Source: Myxococcota bacterium
GTDB lineage: Bacteria > Myxococcota_A > SURF-8
Assembly (NCBI GenBank): GCA_963674735.2
Contig: CAXXQS010000002.1
Span: forward strand, 1,440,001-1,504,000
DNA length: 64,000 nt
Direction of reading: 5' to 3'
Shown here: positions 9,201-17,971 of the stretch, piece after piece
Position numbering within the stretch: the first letter of the stretch is position 1
Layout of the letters: every line of letters starts with the position of its first letter
The notes under the pieces: model-generated
What the model saw: the letters and a program-made list of their open reading frames with translations, nothing else
Told to the model about the DNA's origin: nothing
Databases searched by the model: none
Program-made: the position numbers and the translations under genes

Positions 9201-11936
9201 CCCGCTTCCGGGATCGCAGACTTCGATTCCGTTGCAGGCCAGCGAGTCGTCACAGACCGTATCGTCGGGTGTGTTTTGGCAATCGCTTTGTGCATCGCAG
9301 ACATCGATGGTGCAACTGAATCCATCATCGCAGATTCCATCGTCGGGTGTGTTCTGGCAGTCGTTTTGCGCGTCGCAGGTGTCGAGGGTGCAGTCGACGC
9401 TGTCATCACAGGCTGTGTCATCGGGTGTATTCTGGCAGTCATTTTGCGCGTCGCAGACATCGACGGTGCAGGCGATGCTGTCATCGCAGGCCGTGTCATC
9501 GGGTGTATTCTGGCAGTCGTTTTGCGCGTCGCAGGTGTCAACGGTGCAGTCGACGCTGTCGTCGCAGGCGGTATTGTCGGGTGTGTTCTGACAGTCGTTT
9601 ACCGCATCGCAGACGTCGACGGTGCAGGCGACGCTGTCGTCGCAGGCGGCATTGTCGGGTGTGTTCTGGCAGTCGTTTTGCGCGTCGCAGGTGTCAACGG
9701 TGCAGTCGACGCTGTCGTCGCAGGCGGTATTGTCGGGTGTGTTCTGACAGTCGTTTACCGCATCGCAGACGTCGACGGTGCAGGCGACGCTGTCGTCGCA
9801 GGCGGCATTGTCGGGTGTGTTCTGGCAGTCGTTTTGCGCGTCGCAGACGTCGACGGTGCAGGCGACGCTGTCGTCGCAGGCGGCATCGACCGGAGTGGCG
9901 TAGCAGCCGTCGATGGGATGGCAATCGTCTTCCGTACAACCCACCTCATCGTTGCAAACGAGGGATACCCCGGCCACGCATCCATTCTCGTCGGACGAAG
10001 GATCGTCCGAATTACAGGTTTCCGATCCGTTGCAGACATTCTCGTCATCACACCGTTGGTCGCTGGGCGTATTCTGACAGCCTTCGAAGGTGTCGCAGGT
10101 GTCGACGGTACAGGCGATGTCGTCGTCGCAGTCAAGTTCCGTTCCGGCCACACAACCCCATTCGTTCGGATCCTGTCCATCGGGGTCACAGCTTTCCACT
10201 CCGTTGCATTGATTGCCGTCGCTGCACAGGTAGTTGAGTGGCGTGTGATTGCAAAGATGGGTGACGGGGTTGCATTGATCCTGCGTGCAGTATACGGAGT
10301 CGTCACAGTCGGCATTGGTGCTGCAGCCGGTGACGCACTGGCCGTCCAAGCAGGTTTCCACAACACCCGGAGTCAGATCGCAAGACGTGCCGTCCGGGCG
10401 AGAGGCGAATTGGCAGTCGTTTTCGGTGTCACAGGTGCCGCTCGTGCATGGATTCGAATCGCTGCAATTCGCATCGTTGGGGGTGGCGTCACAAGTTCCG
10501 GCCGGATCGACACAGCTATCATCGGTGCAGTCTACCCCGTCGTCGCACACGATCGGCGTTCCCGGAGCGCAGCCGTCGGTGACATTGGTTCGTGAGCCCG
10601 GGGCACAGGTTTCGAGTCCGTTGCAGGCCTGACCGTCGTCGCAGACGCTGTCGTCGGGGATATTGGAACAGGTGTCGTTTTCTTCATCGCAACTGTCGAT
10701 GGTGCAGGTGTAGGGGTCTTCACAGGGATCGGTTCCGGGGAGACAGTCGAGTGTTTCGTGGCAGGTTTCCACACCGTTGCAAAAAGCGGAGTCGTCGCAG
10801 AGCGTATCGTCCGGCGTGTGCTCGCATTCATCCAGGCCTACATTGCAGGTATCGACGGTGCAGGACACGCCATCGTTGCAGTCTACCGCTGTGGTGATGC
10901 AGCCGTCCGGGTCGGCACCGACCGTTTCAGGCGAACAGATCTCGGTTCCATCGCAGAGAATGTCGTTGTCGCAAACACTGTCGTTCGGGACGTATTCGCA
11001 GAGGAATGTCTCTTCGTTGCAGACACCGGTCGTGCAGGCAAAGCCGTCTTCGCAATCATCGGAGGTGATGCAGGCGTCCTGACAGATGCCATCGATGCAG
11101 TAGCCGTCCTGGCTGTTATCGAGCAGGCATACCTGGCCGGTCGGCAAGGTTTGGGTCGTGCATCCGTTCTCATTCGCGCCGGGTGCGGCGGGAGTGCAGG
11201 CATCGGGATTCGTGCAGGAATTTCCGTCATCGCACAGGCTGTCGTTCGGCTGGTTGTCGCAGCGCTTGTTTTCTTCATCACAGCTATCGTCGGTGCAGGG
11301 GATGGTGTCTGCGCAATCCGGTGCCGTTCCGTCGATGCAGCCGAGGTCGTCGTGTGCCGAATCGCTCGGATTGCAGCTTTCGGCACCGTTGCAGAACAGA
11401 AGATCGTTGCATAGGCTGTCGTTGGGCAAATGTTCGCAATCATCCGATTCCAGGGTGTCGCAGTAATCGAAAGTACAATCGAAGCCATCGTCGCAAGTCG
11501 GTTCCTCTCCGTCTATGCAGCCCCGAGAATCGGCTCCCGCATCGTCGGGCCGGCATAACTCGGCACCATCGCAGAAGGTGCTGTTGTCGCACGCCGCGTC
11601 GGAGGGGGCGTGTTCGCAGATACCCAGACCGGTATTGCAGGTGTCCTGTGTGCAGGCGAAGGAATCGAGACATTGGGAGTCGAACAGACATGCTTCCACG
11701 CATTGTCCGCCGTCGCACACTTCATCCAAACCGGGATCGACGTCGCAGGTCGTTCCGTCGTCGACGTCCGTTTCATTGCAGGCTCCGGCATTGCACGTGT
11801 TGAGGGTGCATGGGTTGAAGTCGTTACAATCTTCGTCGATCGAGCATTCCGCCGCGTACGAGTTTGGAATGGCTAAAAAAATCATCAATGCCGTCAGCAA
11901 AACGGTCCGGTGTATCGTTGATAGACCTCGTCTCAT
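6285..11936 (-). CDS. Giant (1883 aa) Cys/Asp-rich surface protein with Dictyostelium-type CDD..CT.D.C repeats, DGD linker and MYXO-CTERM-like tail
   Basis: AGGAGG RBS, signal peptide, dozens of CxDxxxCTxDxC / CNGxExC repeats, C-terminus GCDC...hydrophobic-RRKA. Confidence 0.9.
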   Translation of the reverse strand: MRRGLSTIHRTVLLTALMIFLAIPNSYAAECSIDEDCNDFNPCTLNTCNAGACNETDVDDGTTCDVDPGLDEVCDGGQCVEACLFDSQCLDSFACTQDTCNTGLGICEHAPSDAACDNSTFCDGAELCRPDDAGADSRGCIDGEEPTCDDGFDCTFDYCDTLESDDCEHLPNDSLCNDLLFCNGAESCNPSDSAHDDLGCIDGTAPDCADTIPCTDDSCDEENKRCDNQPNDSLCDDGNSCTNPDACTPAAPGANENGCTTQTLPTGQVCLLDNSQDGYCIDGICQDACITSDDCEDGFACTTGVCNEETFLCEYVPNDSVCDNDILCDGTEICSPETVGADPDGCITTAVDCNDGVSCTVDTCNVGLDECEHTPDDTLCDDSAFCNGVETCHETLDCLPGTDPCEDPYTCTIDSCDEENDTCSNIPDDSVCDDGQACNGLETCAPGSRTNVTDGCAPGTPIVCDDGVDCTDDSCVDPAGTCDATPNDANCSDSNPCTSGTCDTENDCQFASRPDGTSCDLTPGVVETCLDGQCVTGCSTNADCDDSVYCTQDQCNPVTHLCNHTPLNYLCSDGNQCNGVESCDPDGQDPNEWGCVAGTELDCDDDIACTVDTCDTFEGCQNTPSDQRCDDENVCNGSETCNSDDPSSDENGCVAGVSLVCNDEVGCTEDDCHPIDGCYATPVDAACDDSVACTVDVCDAQNDCQNTPDNAACDDSVACTVDVCDAVNDCQNTPDNTACDDSVDCTVDTCDAQNDCQNTPDNAACDDSVACTVDVCDAVNDCQNTPDNTACDDSVDCTVDTCDAQNDCQNTPDDTACDDSIACTVDVCDAQNDCQNTPDDTACDDSVDCTLDTCDAQNDCQNTPDDGICDDGFSCTIDVCDAQSDCQNTPDDTVCDDSLACNGIEVCDPGSGKIVADGCVSGTPVDCADGVGCTLDTCTENNGEALCVNEPDDSACRDEFWCNGIETCDVLNDCQPGQDVDCSDGVDCTDDTCNDSTDSCDNTPSDENCPDPGPCRTLIGCDAQAGCLTEDRPDRTVCDIEPGIDEICDTGECVPRCSDNEDCEGEKVCDDGLCVTPCDGAEDCNDDIACTVDACTDGQCSHTPSNPLCGDAVFCNGDEICQPSNLSADSNGCIPGPLRSCNDDLDCTQDSCDTTEDICVHDPVHSRCANDRYCDGVEVCDPEDNEADEQGCAPGVPVVCDDLIACTTDRCDSELDQCVFDPSDLACDDGLYCSGVETCDPTNPSAGADGCLQGDVVVCSDGIACTHDVCDEGSKDCRFDPVDLNCADSSFCNGDEICDPEDIDADAQGCLPGVSPCTDDFACTVNTCDEPNDQCIVTPDDSLCADTLYCNGVELCRPAELSADGAGCIVGTPPDCSDSYTCTQDDCDEEGDTCTHTPSDAACADTLFCNGIETCNPSDVNADNNGCVPGDDPCEDEASCTLDECIEISDECVNTPMSDRCSDGQYCNGAERCAPDDSNADAAGCIGGSDPCDDEIPCTTDNCNETDDQCSHQPDHAFCDDNSFCNGEERCSLTDGCYRLDPPICDDELDCTEDSCDDNAGDCVFTPDDEACDNGDPCSTSTCDVSTGCVDEFEADDTVCDVDPQLVESCQNGICVPDCIQNEDCDDEAACTTDTCDAQGHCQYELDDAACNDGVAFCDPIYTCEPFLGCVAGDPPDCRDDFACTIDSCDTTEQACMHTPDDDACNDFNACTTDTCSATEGCVTTPVPDDTPCSTGYVCRNGECVPPDVDGDIDGDEEADLPDGDQDDDDDLLTDGDNEAEQDADDEPDGDIDDDLIDQSDDDRTDDDTAEEDGADGDTDDDTLEAADGDRSLIDGDLDFDLADSELDLDLEGCDCNHSGTLATEAWLFTMMMGLLWGWRRKA
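9261..9884 (-). repeat. Intragenic tandem array, 8 x 78 bp (26 aa units)
   Basis: Unit (A/T)ACDDSV(A/D)CTVD(V/T)CDAQNDCQNTPD(N/D); units 2-3 essentially duplicated as 4-5. Confidence 0.95.
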
Positions 11937-12266
11937 AGATTCCTCCTAGCACAGCTGGAAACGACGGCCCACGTTCCGCAAGCGTGTGATTTTTCTTACA
12001 GAATAGTTGAATTAAACAAGGGTCGCAAGGAAAAAGGCCGATTGGTCAACGACAGCTTGGCATGGTTTTGTTCTTTCTTTTCCGAAAGATACGGTCTTAT
12101 CGCCGGTTGTGGTTGATTTCCTTTTGAGCAAAGTGCATCCAACGCGTTTCTTTGCCACTTTAGCCGGTGAAATCACTTGCCTTTTTACCCGTTTTTCGGT
12201 AAAAAACAACGTTCATTCTTGTTTTTTACGATTGGGTTATTTTGGCATCGGTGAAAGGCAAAGCAC

Positions 12267-15200
12267 ATGTACCGGAAGGTAAAACCCTGGGTGGATTTGA
12301 TCGAACTGGAGCATCGTATTCTCGATTTCTGGAAAGAAACGGATGCTTTCGGAAAACTGCGCCGTCAGAACGCCGATAAGCCGCCCTGGTCCTTCCTCGA
12401 CGGTCCCATCACCGCCAATAATCCCATGGGCGTTCACCACGCCTGGGGGCGCACGCTGAAAGATTGCTTCCAGCGTTATTGGGCCATGAATGGCCGGGAT
12501 CTGCGCTATCAGAACGGCTTCGATTGTCAGGGCTTGTGGGTGGAAGTCGAAGTCGAAAAGGAGATGGGCTTCACCTCCAAACGCGACATCGAAGAGTTTG
12601 GTGTCGATCGCTTTGTGGAGATGTGCAAAGAGCGTGTGCGGAAATTTTCCGGCATCCAGACCGAGCAATCGATCCGGCTCGGCTACTGGATGGATTGGGA
12701 CGATTCCTATTACACAATGAGCGATGAGAACAACTACACCATCTGGTCGTTCCTGAAAAAATGCCACGAGCGTGGCAAGATCTATCGTGGAAACGACGTC
12801 ATGCCCTGGTCCGGTCGCTCCGGGACGGGCTATTCGCAGATGGAAGTGGTCGAAGGCCGCAAGCTGGTCGCGCACGAAGCTCTGTTCCTGCGCTTCCCGT
12901 TGCGGGGACGCGAGAAGGAAAATCTGTTGGTTTGGACCACCACTCCGTGGACCCTCACCAGCAACATCGCCGCCATGGTCAATGGCGAACTGGAATATGT
13001 GAAGTTGCGGTCGAAAGCGGACGGCGAATTGTACTACTTTGCCGCCGAGAATCTGCATTTCAAGCGTTTGCAGAAAGAATACGACGAAAAACGGGACTGG
13101 CTTCCCGGTGTTCCGAAATTGAAGACGCTGGCCGAAGTGTTTGATGAATCGGGCGGTTATGAGATCGAGGGTTATGTCAAGGGTGCGGACATGGTCGGCT
13201 GGGAGTACGAGGGGCCCTTCGATGAATTGGAAGCGCAGTCCATCGTCGGCGGTTATCCCTTCACCGACCCGCAGGTCAAACAATCGGGCATCGAAGCCCA
13301 TCGTGTCATCGATGGAGGCCGGGATTCCCACGGTAGCCCCATTGTCGTGGCTGGAGAGGGAACCGGCATCGTGCACACGGCTCCCGGCTGTGGCGACATC
13401 GATCATATTGTCGGCAAAGAACTGGGCTTGCCTCATCTCGCACCGCTGAATGATGAAGCGAAATTCCTGGATAAATTCGGCGACTTGACCGGCCGTCACG
13501 CGCTCGACGAAGAAACCGTGCAGTGGGTCATCGAGAGCCTGAAATCGAAAAAATACCTGGTTCACACCGAGATGTACCCGCATGTTTATCCCCACTGCTG
13601 GCGCAGCGGCGATCCGCTCGTCTTCCGGTTGGTGGACGAATGGTATATCAACATGGACTGGCGCGACGAAATCAAGGAAATCGTCAAGCAGATTCGTTGG
13701 ATACCCGAGTGGGGCGAGGAGCGCGAGTTGGAATGGCTAACCAATATGCGCGACTGGATGATCTCCAAAAAGCGTTACTGGGGCTTGGCTTTGCCGATCT
13801 GGCTCTGCGAAAAATGCGACCGATTCGACGTGGTGGGCAGTCGCGAAGAGCTCAAGGAGCGTGCAACGGAAGGCTGGGAGGCTTTCGAGGGGCACAGTCC
13901 GCATAAACCCTGGATCGACGGGATCAAGCTGGCCTGTCCCCATTGCGGCGGCACTATGAACCGCGTCCCCGATGTCGGCAACCCGTGGTTGGACGCAGGC
14001 ATCGTGCCTTATTCCACCGTTCGCTACAACACAGACCGGGAATACTGGAAAAAGTGGATTCCCTCCGAGCTGGTGCTCGAATGCTTCCCGGGGCAGTTCC
14101 GCAATTGGTTCTACAGTCTGTTGGCCATGAGTACCATGATGGAAAACACCCGGCCTTTCAAGACCTTGGTCGGACATGCCCTGGTGCGCGACGAAACCGG
14201 CCGCGAGATGCACAAAAGCTGGGGGAATGCCATCTGGTTCGATGAAGCGGTGGAGAAAATGGGCGCGGATATCATGCGCTGGATCTACTGCCGTCACGAA
14301 AACACCACCAACCTGAGCTTCGGCTACGGGATCGGCAAGGAAGTCCGCGGAAAATTTTTCAATACCTTCTGGAATACCTACTCGTTCTTCGTCAATTACG
14401 CGCGTTTGGATGAATTTACGCCTCCTGCCGAGCCGACGCCGATCGAGCAGCGGCCCGATTTCGATCGTTGGATCTTGAGCAACCTGCAAATCCTGATCCG
14501 TGATGTGCGCAGTTCCATCGAGAATTTCAATACGCGCAACACCTGCCACCTGATCGAAACCTTCGTCGATGAACTGTCGAACTGGTATATCCGTCACAGT
14601 CGGCGACGTTTCTGGAAGGGCAAGGATGATGCGGATTCCCGCATGGCTTACGAAACGCTTTATGAGTGCCTGTATGCGCTGATTCGCCTCGTGGCGCCCA
14701 TGATGCCTTTCGCCACCGAGGAAATGTACCAGAATCTGGTGCTCAGCCACGACGCCGACGCCCCCGAGAGCGTGCACCATACCGATTATCCGCTGGTGAA
14801 AGAGGAGTGGATCGACGAGGAACTCTCGGAGCACATGGCCGCCATTCAGCGTATCATCAGCCTGGCCCTCGCCACCCGTGAAAAGGCGCGTCTCAAGGTG
14901 CGTCAGCCGCTGCAAACTCTGATCATCGGTCCGGCCGACGACAACGAGTTTGCCGCCTCCGAACGTTTCGTCGAAATGTTGAAAGAGGATCTCAACGTAA
15001 AAGGGCTCGACATTCGCCCGGTAAAAGCCGAGTGTCCCGCTACCTTCGTTGTGAAACCCAACTTCAAGACACTCGGCAAACGTCTGGGTCCCAAAATGAA
15101 AATTGCGGCGGCCGCCATTGCGGAACAATCGGCCAAGTTGGCGGCCGGGTTAAAAGACGGTCAATCGATCCTGACCATCAACCTGGACGGCGATGTCATT

Positions 15201-15566
15201 CCTTTCGAAAAGGAAGATCTGATTGTGGAGATGCAGGCCCCGGAAGGCTTGGCGGTGGCGGTGGATCTCGATACCTGGACGGCCATCGATACGGTGATTA
15301 CGGAACCGTTGCGGCTGGAAGGCTTGATGCGTGAGTTGCTGCGTCGTCTGCAGGTGCTGCGCAAGGATGTCGGCTTGGAAATCGAGGACCGTATCGTAAT
15401 TACGTATGCGACGGAATCCGAAGACATTCAAAGCATCGTCGCCGATTATCAGGACTACCTGAAAGAAGAACTGTTGGCTTTGGAACTGAAAGCCGGGGAG
15501 CCGACGGACGGCAAGACTTACAAGCTTGGCGACCATTCCGTTACGGTTTCGCTTGCCAAAGCCTGA
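12267..15566 (+). CDS. ileS: Isoleucine--tRNA ligase, type 2
   Basis: DGPITAN, GVHH in place of HIGH, WTTTPWT and GTGIVH editing motifs, DWMISKKRYWG, EMHKS in place of KMSKS, long C-terminal domain of IleRS2. Confidence 0.95.
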   Translation: MYRKVKPWVDLIELEHRILDFWKETDAFGKLRRQNADKPPWSFLDGPITANNPMGVHHAWGRTLKDCFQRYWAMNGRDLRYQNGFDCQGLWVEVEVEKEMGFTSKRDIEEFGVDRFVEMCKERVRKFSGIQTEQSIRLGYWMDWDDSYYTMSDENNYTIWSFLKKCHERGKIYRGNDVMPWSGRSGTGYSQMEVVEGRKLVAHEALFLRFPLRGREKENLLVWTTTPWTLTSNIAAMVNGELEYVKLRSKADGELYYFAAENLHFKRLQKEYDEKRDWLPGVPKLKTLAEVFDESGGYEIEGYVKGADMVGWEYEGPFDELEAQSIVGGYPFTDPQVKQSGIEAHRVIDGGRDSHGSPIVVAGEGTGIVHTAPGCGDIDHIVGKELGLPHLAPLNDEAKFLDKFGDLTGRHALDEETVQWVIESLKSKKYLVHTEMYPHVYPHCWRSGDPLVFRLVDEWYINMDWRDEIKEIVKQIRWIPEWGEERELEWLTNMRDWMISKKRYWGLALPIWLCEKCDRFDVVGSREELKERATEGWEAFEGHSPHKPWIDGIKLACPHCGGTMNRVPDVGNPWLDAGIVPYSTVRYNTDREYWKKWIPSELVLECFPGQFRNWFYSLLAMSTMMENTRPFKTLVGHALVRDETGREMHKSWGNAIWFDEAVEKMGADIMRWIYCRHENTTNLSFGYGIGKEVRGKFFNTFWNTYSFFVNYARLDEFTPPAEPTPIEQRPDFDRWILSNLQILIRDVRSSIENFNTRNTCHLIETFVDELSNWYIRHSRRRFWKGKDDADSRMAYETLYECLYALIRLVAPMMPFATEEMYQNLVLSHDADAPESVHHTDYPLVKEEWIDEELSEHMAAIQRIISLALATREKARLKVRQPLQTLIIGPADDNEFAASERFVEMLKEDLNVKGLDIRPVKAECPATFVVKPNFKTLGKRLGPKMKIAAAAIAEQSAKLAAGLKDGQSILTINLDGDVIPFEKEDLIVEMQAPEGLAVAVDLDTWTAIDTVITEPLRLEGLMRELLRRLQVLRKDVGLEIEDRIVITYATESEDIQSIVADYQDYLKEELLALELKAGEPTDGKTYKLGDHSVTVSLAKA

Positions 15567-15586
15567 TTCGTTATAACGACAAATGA

Positions 15587-15614
15587 AAACGGGACGCCGC
15601 GCGGCGTCCCGTTT
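15587..15614. terminator. Bidirectional intrinsic terminator between ileS and thiC
   Basis: AAACGGGACGCC-GCGC-GGCGTCCCGTTT perfect hairpin between convergent genes. Confidence 0.85.
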
Positions 15615-15632
15615 GCGTTTAGGATCGATGGA

Positions 15633-16952
15633 TTACATATCTTTCGTCAGTTTTTCCAAACGGCGTGTGATGTTCATGGCGCAGAATTTCGGGCCGCACA
15701 TGGAACAGAACTGTGAGGTTCCATGCTCCTGGAAATTCAGGCTTTCTTCACGCAAATCACGGGCGCGCTCGGGGTCCATCGCCAATTCGAATTGTTTGGC
15801 CCAATCGAACTTGTAGCGGGCCGCCGACAGTTTGTCGTCCCAGTCGCGCGCGCCGGGGCGTTGGCGGGCCACATCGGCGGCATGGGCGGCGATGCGATAA
15901 GCCATGATTCCCTGGCGGACATCTTCGGGGCCGGGGAGCCCGAGGTGCTCCTTGGGAGTGACGTAGCAGAGGAAACTGGCGCCGTACCAGGCGGCCATGG
16001 CCGCGCCGATGGAACTGGTGATGTGGTCATAGCCGGGCGCGACGTCGGTTACGATGGGTCCCAGAACGTAGAAGGGCGCGTTCTGGCAGATTTCCTGCTG
16101 CATGCGGATATTCTGTTCGATCTGGTGCATGGGCACGTGTCCGGGGCCCTCGACGATTACCTGCACGCCGGCGTCCCAGCAACGTTGAACCAGGCCGCCC
16201 AATACGTTCAATTCCGCGATCTGGGCCTCGTCCGTGGCATCGGCCAGACAACCCGGGCGCAAGCCGTCGCCCAGCGAGAGGGTGACGTCGTAACGACCGG
16301 CGATCTCAAGGATTTGGTCGAAGTGGGTGTAACAGAAATTCTCTTTTTTATGGAAGGCCATCCATTCCGCCAACAGGGAACCGCCGCGGCTGACGATGCC
16401 GGTGAGGCGTTTTTTCGTAAGCGCAATATGTTTCAAGAGCAGGCCGCAGTGGATGGTCATGAAGTCGACACCGTGACTGGCTTGATCTTCGATGACTTCG
16501 AGGAACATTTCCGGAGTCAGATCCGTGACTTTCTCGACGATTTCCATGGCCTGGTAAAGGGGGACCGTGCCAACCGGGATCGGGCTCTGGTCGATGATGG
16601 CGGCGCGGATTTTGTTGATATCGGCACCGGTCGATAGATCCATGACGGTGTCGGCACCGTAGCGAACGGTGATGTCCAGTTTCTCAAGTTCACAGGTTTC
16701 GTCCGAACACAACGACGAATTGCCGATGTTGGCGTTGATCTTGACTGTACAAGCGCTGCCGATTCCGATGGGTTTCAGGCTTTTATGATTGATGTTGGCT
16801 GGAATCGTCAACCGTCCGATCGCAATTTCTTCCATTACCATTTGCGGACTCAGGTTTTCTTTCTCGGCCACCTGGCGCATTTCTTCGGAGATAATTCCCT
16901 GGCGGGCCAGCGTCAGCAATGTGACATTTTTACCTGTATAAGTTCTCGGCAT
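15633..16952 (-). CDS. thiC: Phosphomethylpyrimidine synthase (short form)
   Basis: [44 protein letters not shown]-terminal CSMCGPKFC; start MPRTY after AAAGGTGG. Confidence 0.93.
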   Translation of the reverse strand: MPRTYTGKNVTLLTLARQGIISEEMRQVAEKENLSPQMVMEEIAIGRLTIPANINHKSLKPIGIGSACTVKINANIGNSSLCSDETCELEKLDITVRYGADTVMDLSTGADINKIRAAIIDQSPIPVGTVPLYQAMEIVEKVTDLTPEMFLEVIEDQASHGVDFMTIHCGLLLKHIALTKKRLTGIVSRGGSLLAEWMAFHKKENFCYTHFDQILEIAGRYDVTLSLGDGLRPGCLADATDEAQIAELNVLGGLVQRCWDAGVQVIVEGPGHVPMHQIEQNIRMQQEICQNAPFYVLGPIVTDVAPGYDHITSSIGAAMAAWYGASFLCYVTPKEHLGLPGPEDVRQGIMAYRIAAHAADVARQRPGARDWDDKLSAARYKFDWAKQFELAMDPERARDLREESLNFQEHGTSQFCSMCGPKFCAMNITRRLEKLTKDM

Positions 16953-17290
16953 CTTTCCACCTTTCAATATACGGTCGTCGCACGAGCATCGATTATGATT
17001 GACGGTCCCATTTATCACCGGTCGACCGTTTCGGCGTCCATTAATACCGCCCCCCTTCTGGCTTGTAAAGGGGTTTTCATTTTCGTCAGGATAAAAAACA
17101 ACATGGCGGAAACTCTAGGATTCTTCGTTTTTCATCAGGAATAGAATTCTGATCGGAAAAGGCTGGATTGTTTCGTTTGCCAATCCCTCGATTTTGGGGG
17201 CCGATGTTTACAAACAAGATTAGCTCAGGGGAGATTGTCGATATTATGCGTTATTTGTTGCAAAGGAGGAAAACGCGCTATACTACGCGG

Positions 17291-17962
17291 ATGAAAACAC
17301 GAAAATATGACATGAGTTTCCCGGTTTACGTCGCGCCACGAGTTCTCGTGCTGGTTTCGTTCTGCATCTTGATCTTGGGAACTCAAACGAATGCAAAGGC
17401 GGCCTTGACTCATGATTTTTCGAGAGGGGAGTTGAATCTGCTCCCTTCCGAGGTTGCACCGGTTGGGTTGCGGTTGTTCATCGCGACGGGAATGGTGATG
17501 TCCAGCGCCGGGTTGACTGATTCCGAGTTCGAACTACCCTCCAGGATCGGTTGGCAGGTCGGTCCTACCCTCGATATCGGGGAGAGCGATTGGGGTTTTC
17601 GTCTTCGGCTTCTATTCAGTATGCAGAACGCCGACCGCTTTGACTGGATGTTCGGACCCGAATTTGCCGCAGGCTTTCGGCGTCATTGGCGAATGGGATG
17701 GGTGCTCGTGTCGACCGGCTTGGATGCGGGGACGACGCTCTTGTTGGGTGAGAAGGTCAACTGGGGATTCGAGAGCTTCGCAAAATGGCCGATTAACGTT
17801 GCCTACTTTGCGGAAGGGCCCTTTGCCTTTTTCATGGAGTGGGCCGTTCGGGCCGGATATGCGCGAATCGAATCGGACAAACCGGGAGTCGTCACCACTG
17901 ATCTCGTTGCGGACGGGGCCGTCATCGGCGGAGAGATGATGGTCGGCTTCGCCTTTCCCTGA
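17291..17962 (+). CDS. Hypothetical secreted protein, probable small outer-membrane beta-barrel
   Basis: Signal peptide, alternating amphipathic strands, C-terminal VGFAFP; start uncertain. Confidence 0.55.
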   Translation: MKTRKYDMSFPVYVAPRVLVLVSFCILILGTQTNAKAALTHDFSRGELNLLPSEVAPVGLRLFIATGMVMSSAGLTDSEFELPSRIGWQVGPTLDIGESDWGFRLRLLFSMQNADRFDWMFGPEFAAGFRRHWRMGWVLVSTGLDAGTTLLLGEKVNWGFESFAKWPINVAYFAEGPFAFFMEWAVRAGYARIESDKPGVVTTDLVADGAVIGGEMMVGFAFP

Positions 17963-17971
17963 TCTGTCGTA

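Noticed and set aside
9261-9884. Regular repeat array as possible CRISPR
   Set aside because: Contiguous in-frame 78-bp coding units with no unique spacers and no cas genes
11937-12266. T-box leader upstream of ileS
   Set aside because: No GGTGGNACC antiterminator or terminator; looks like an AT-rich divergent promoter region
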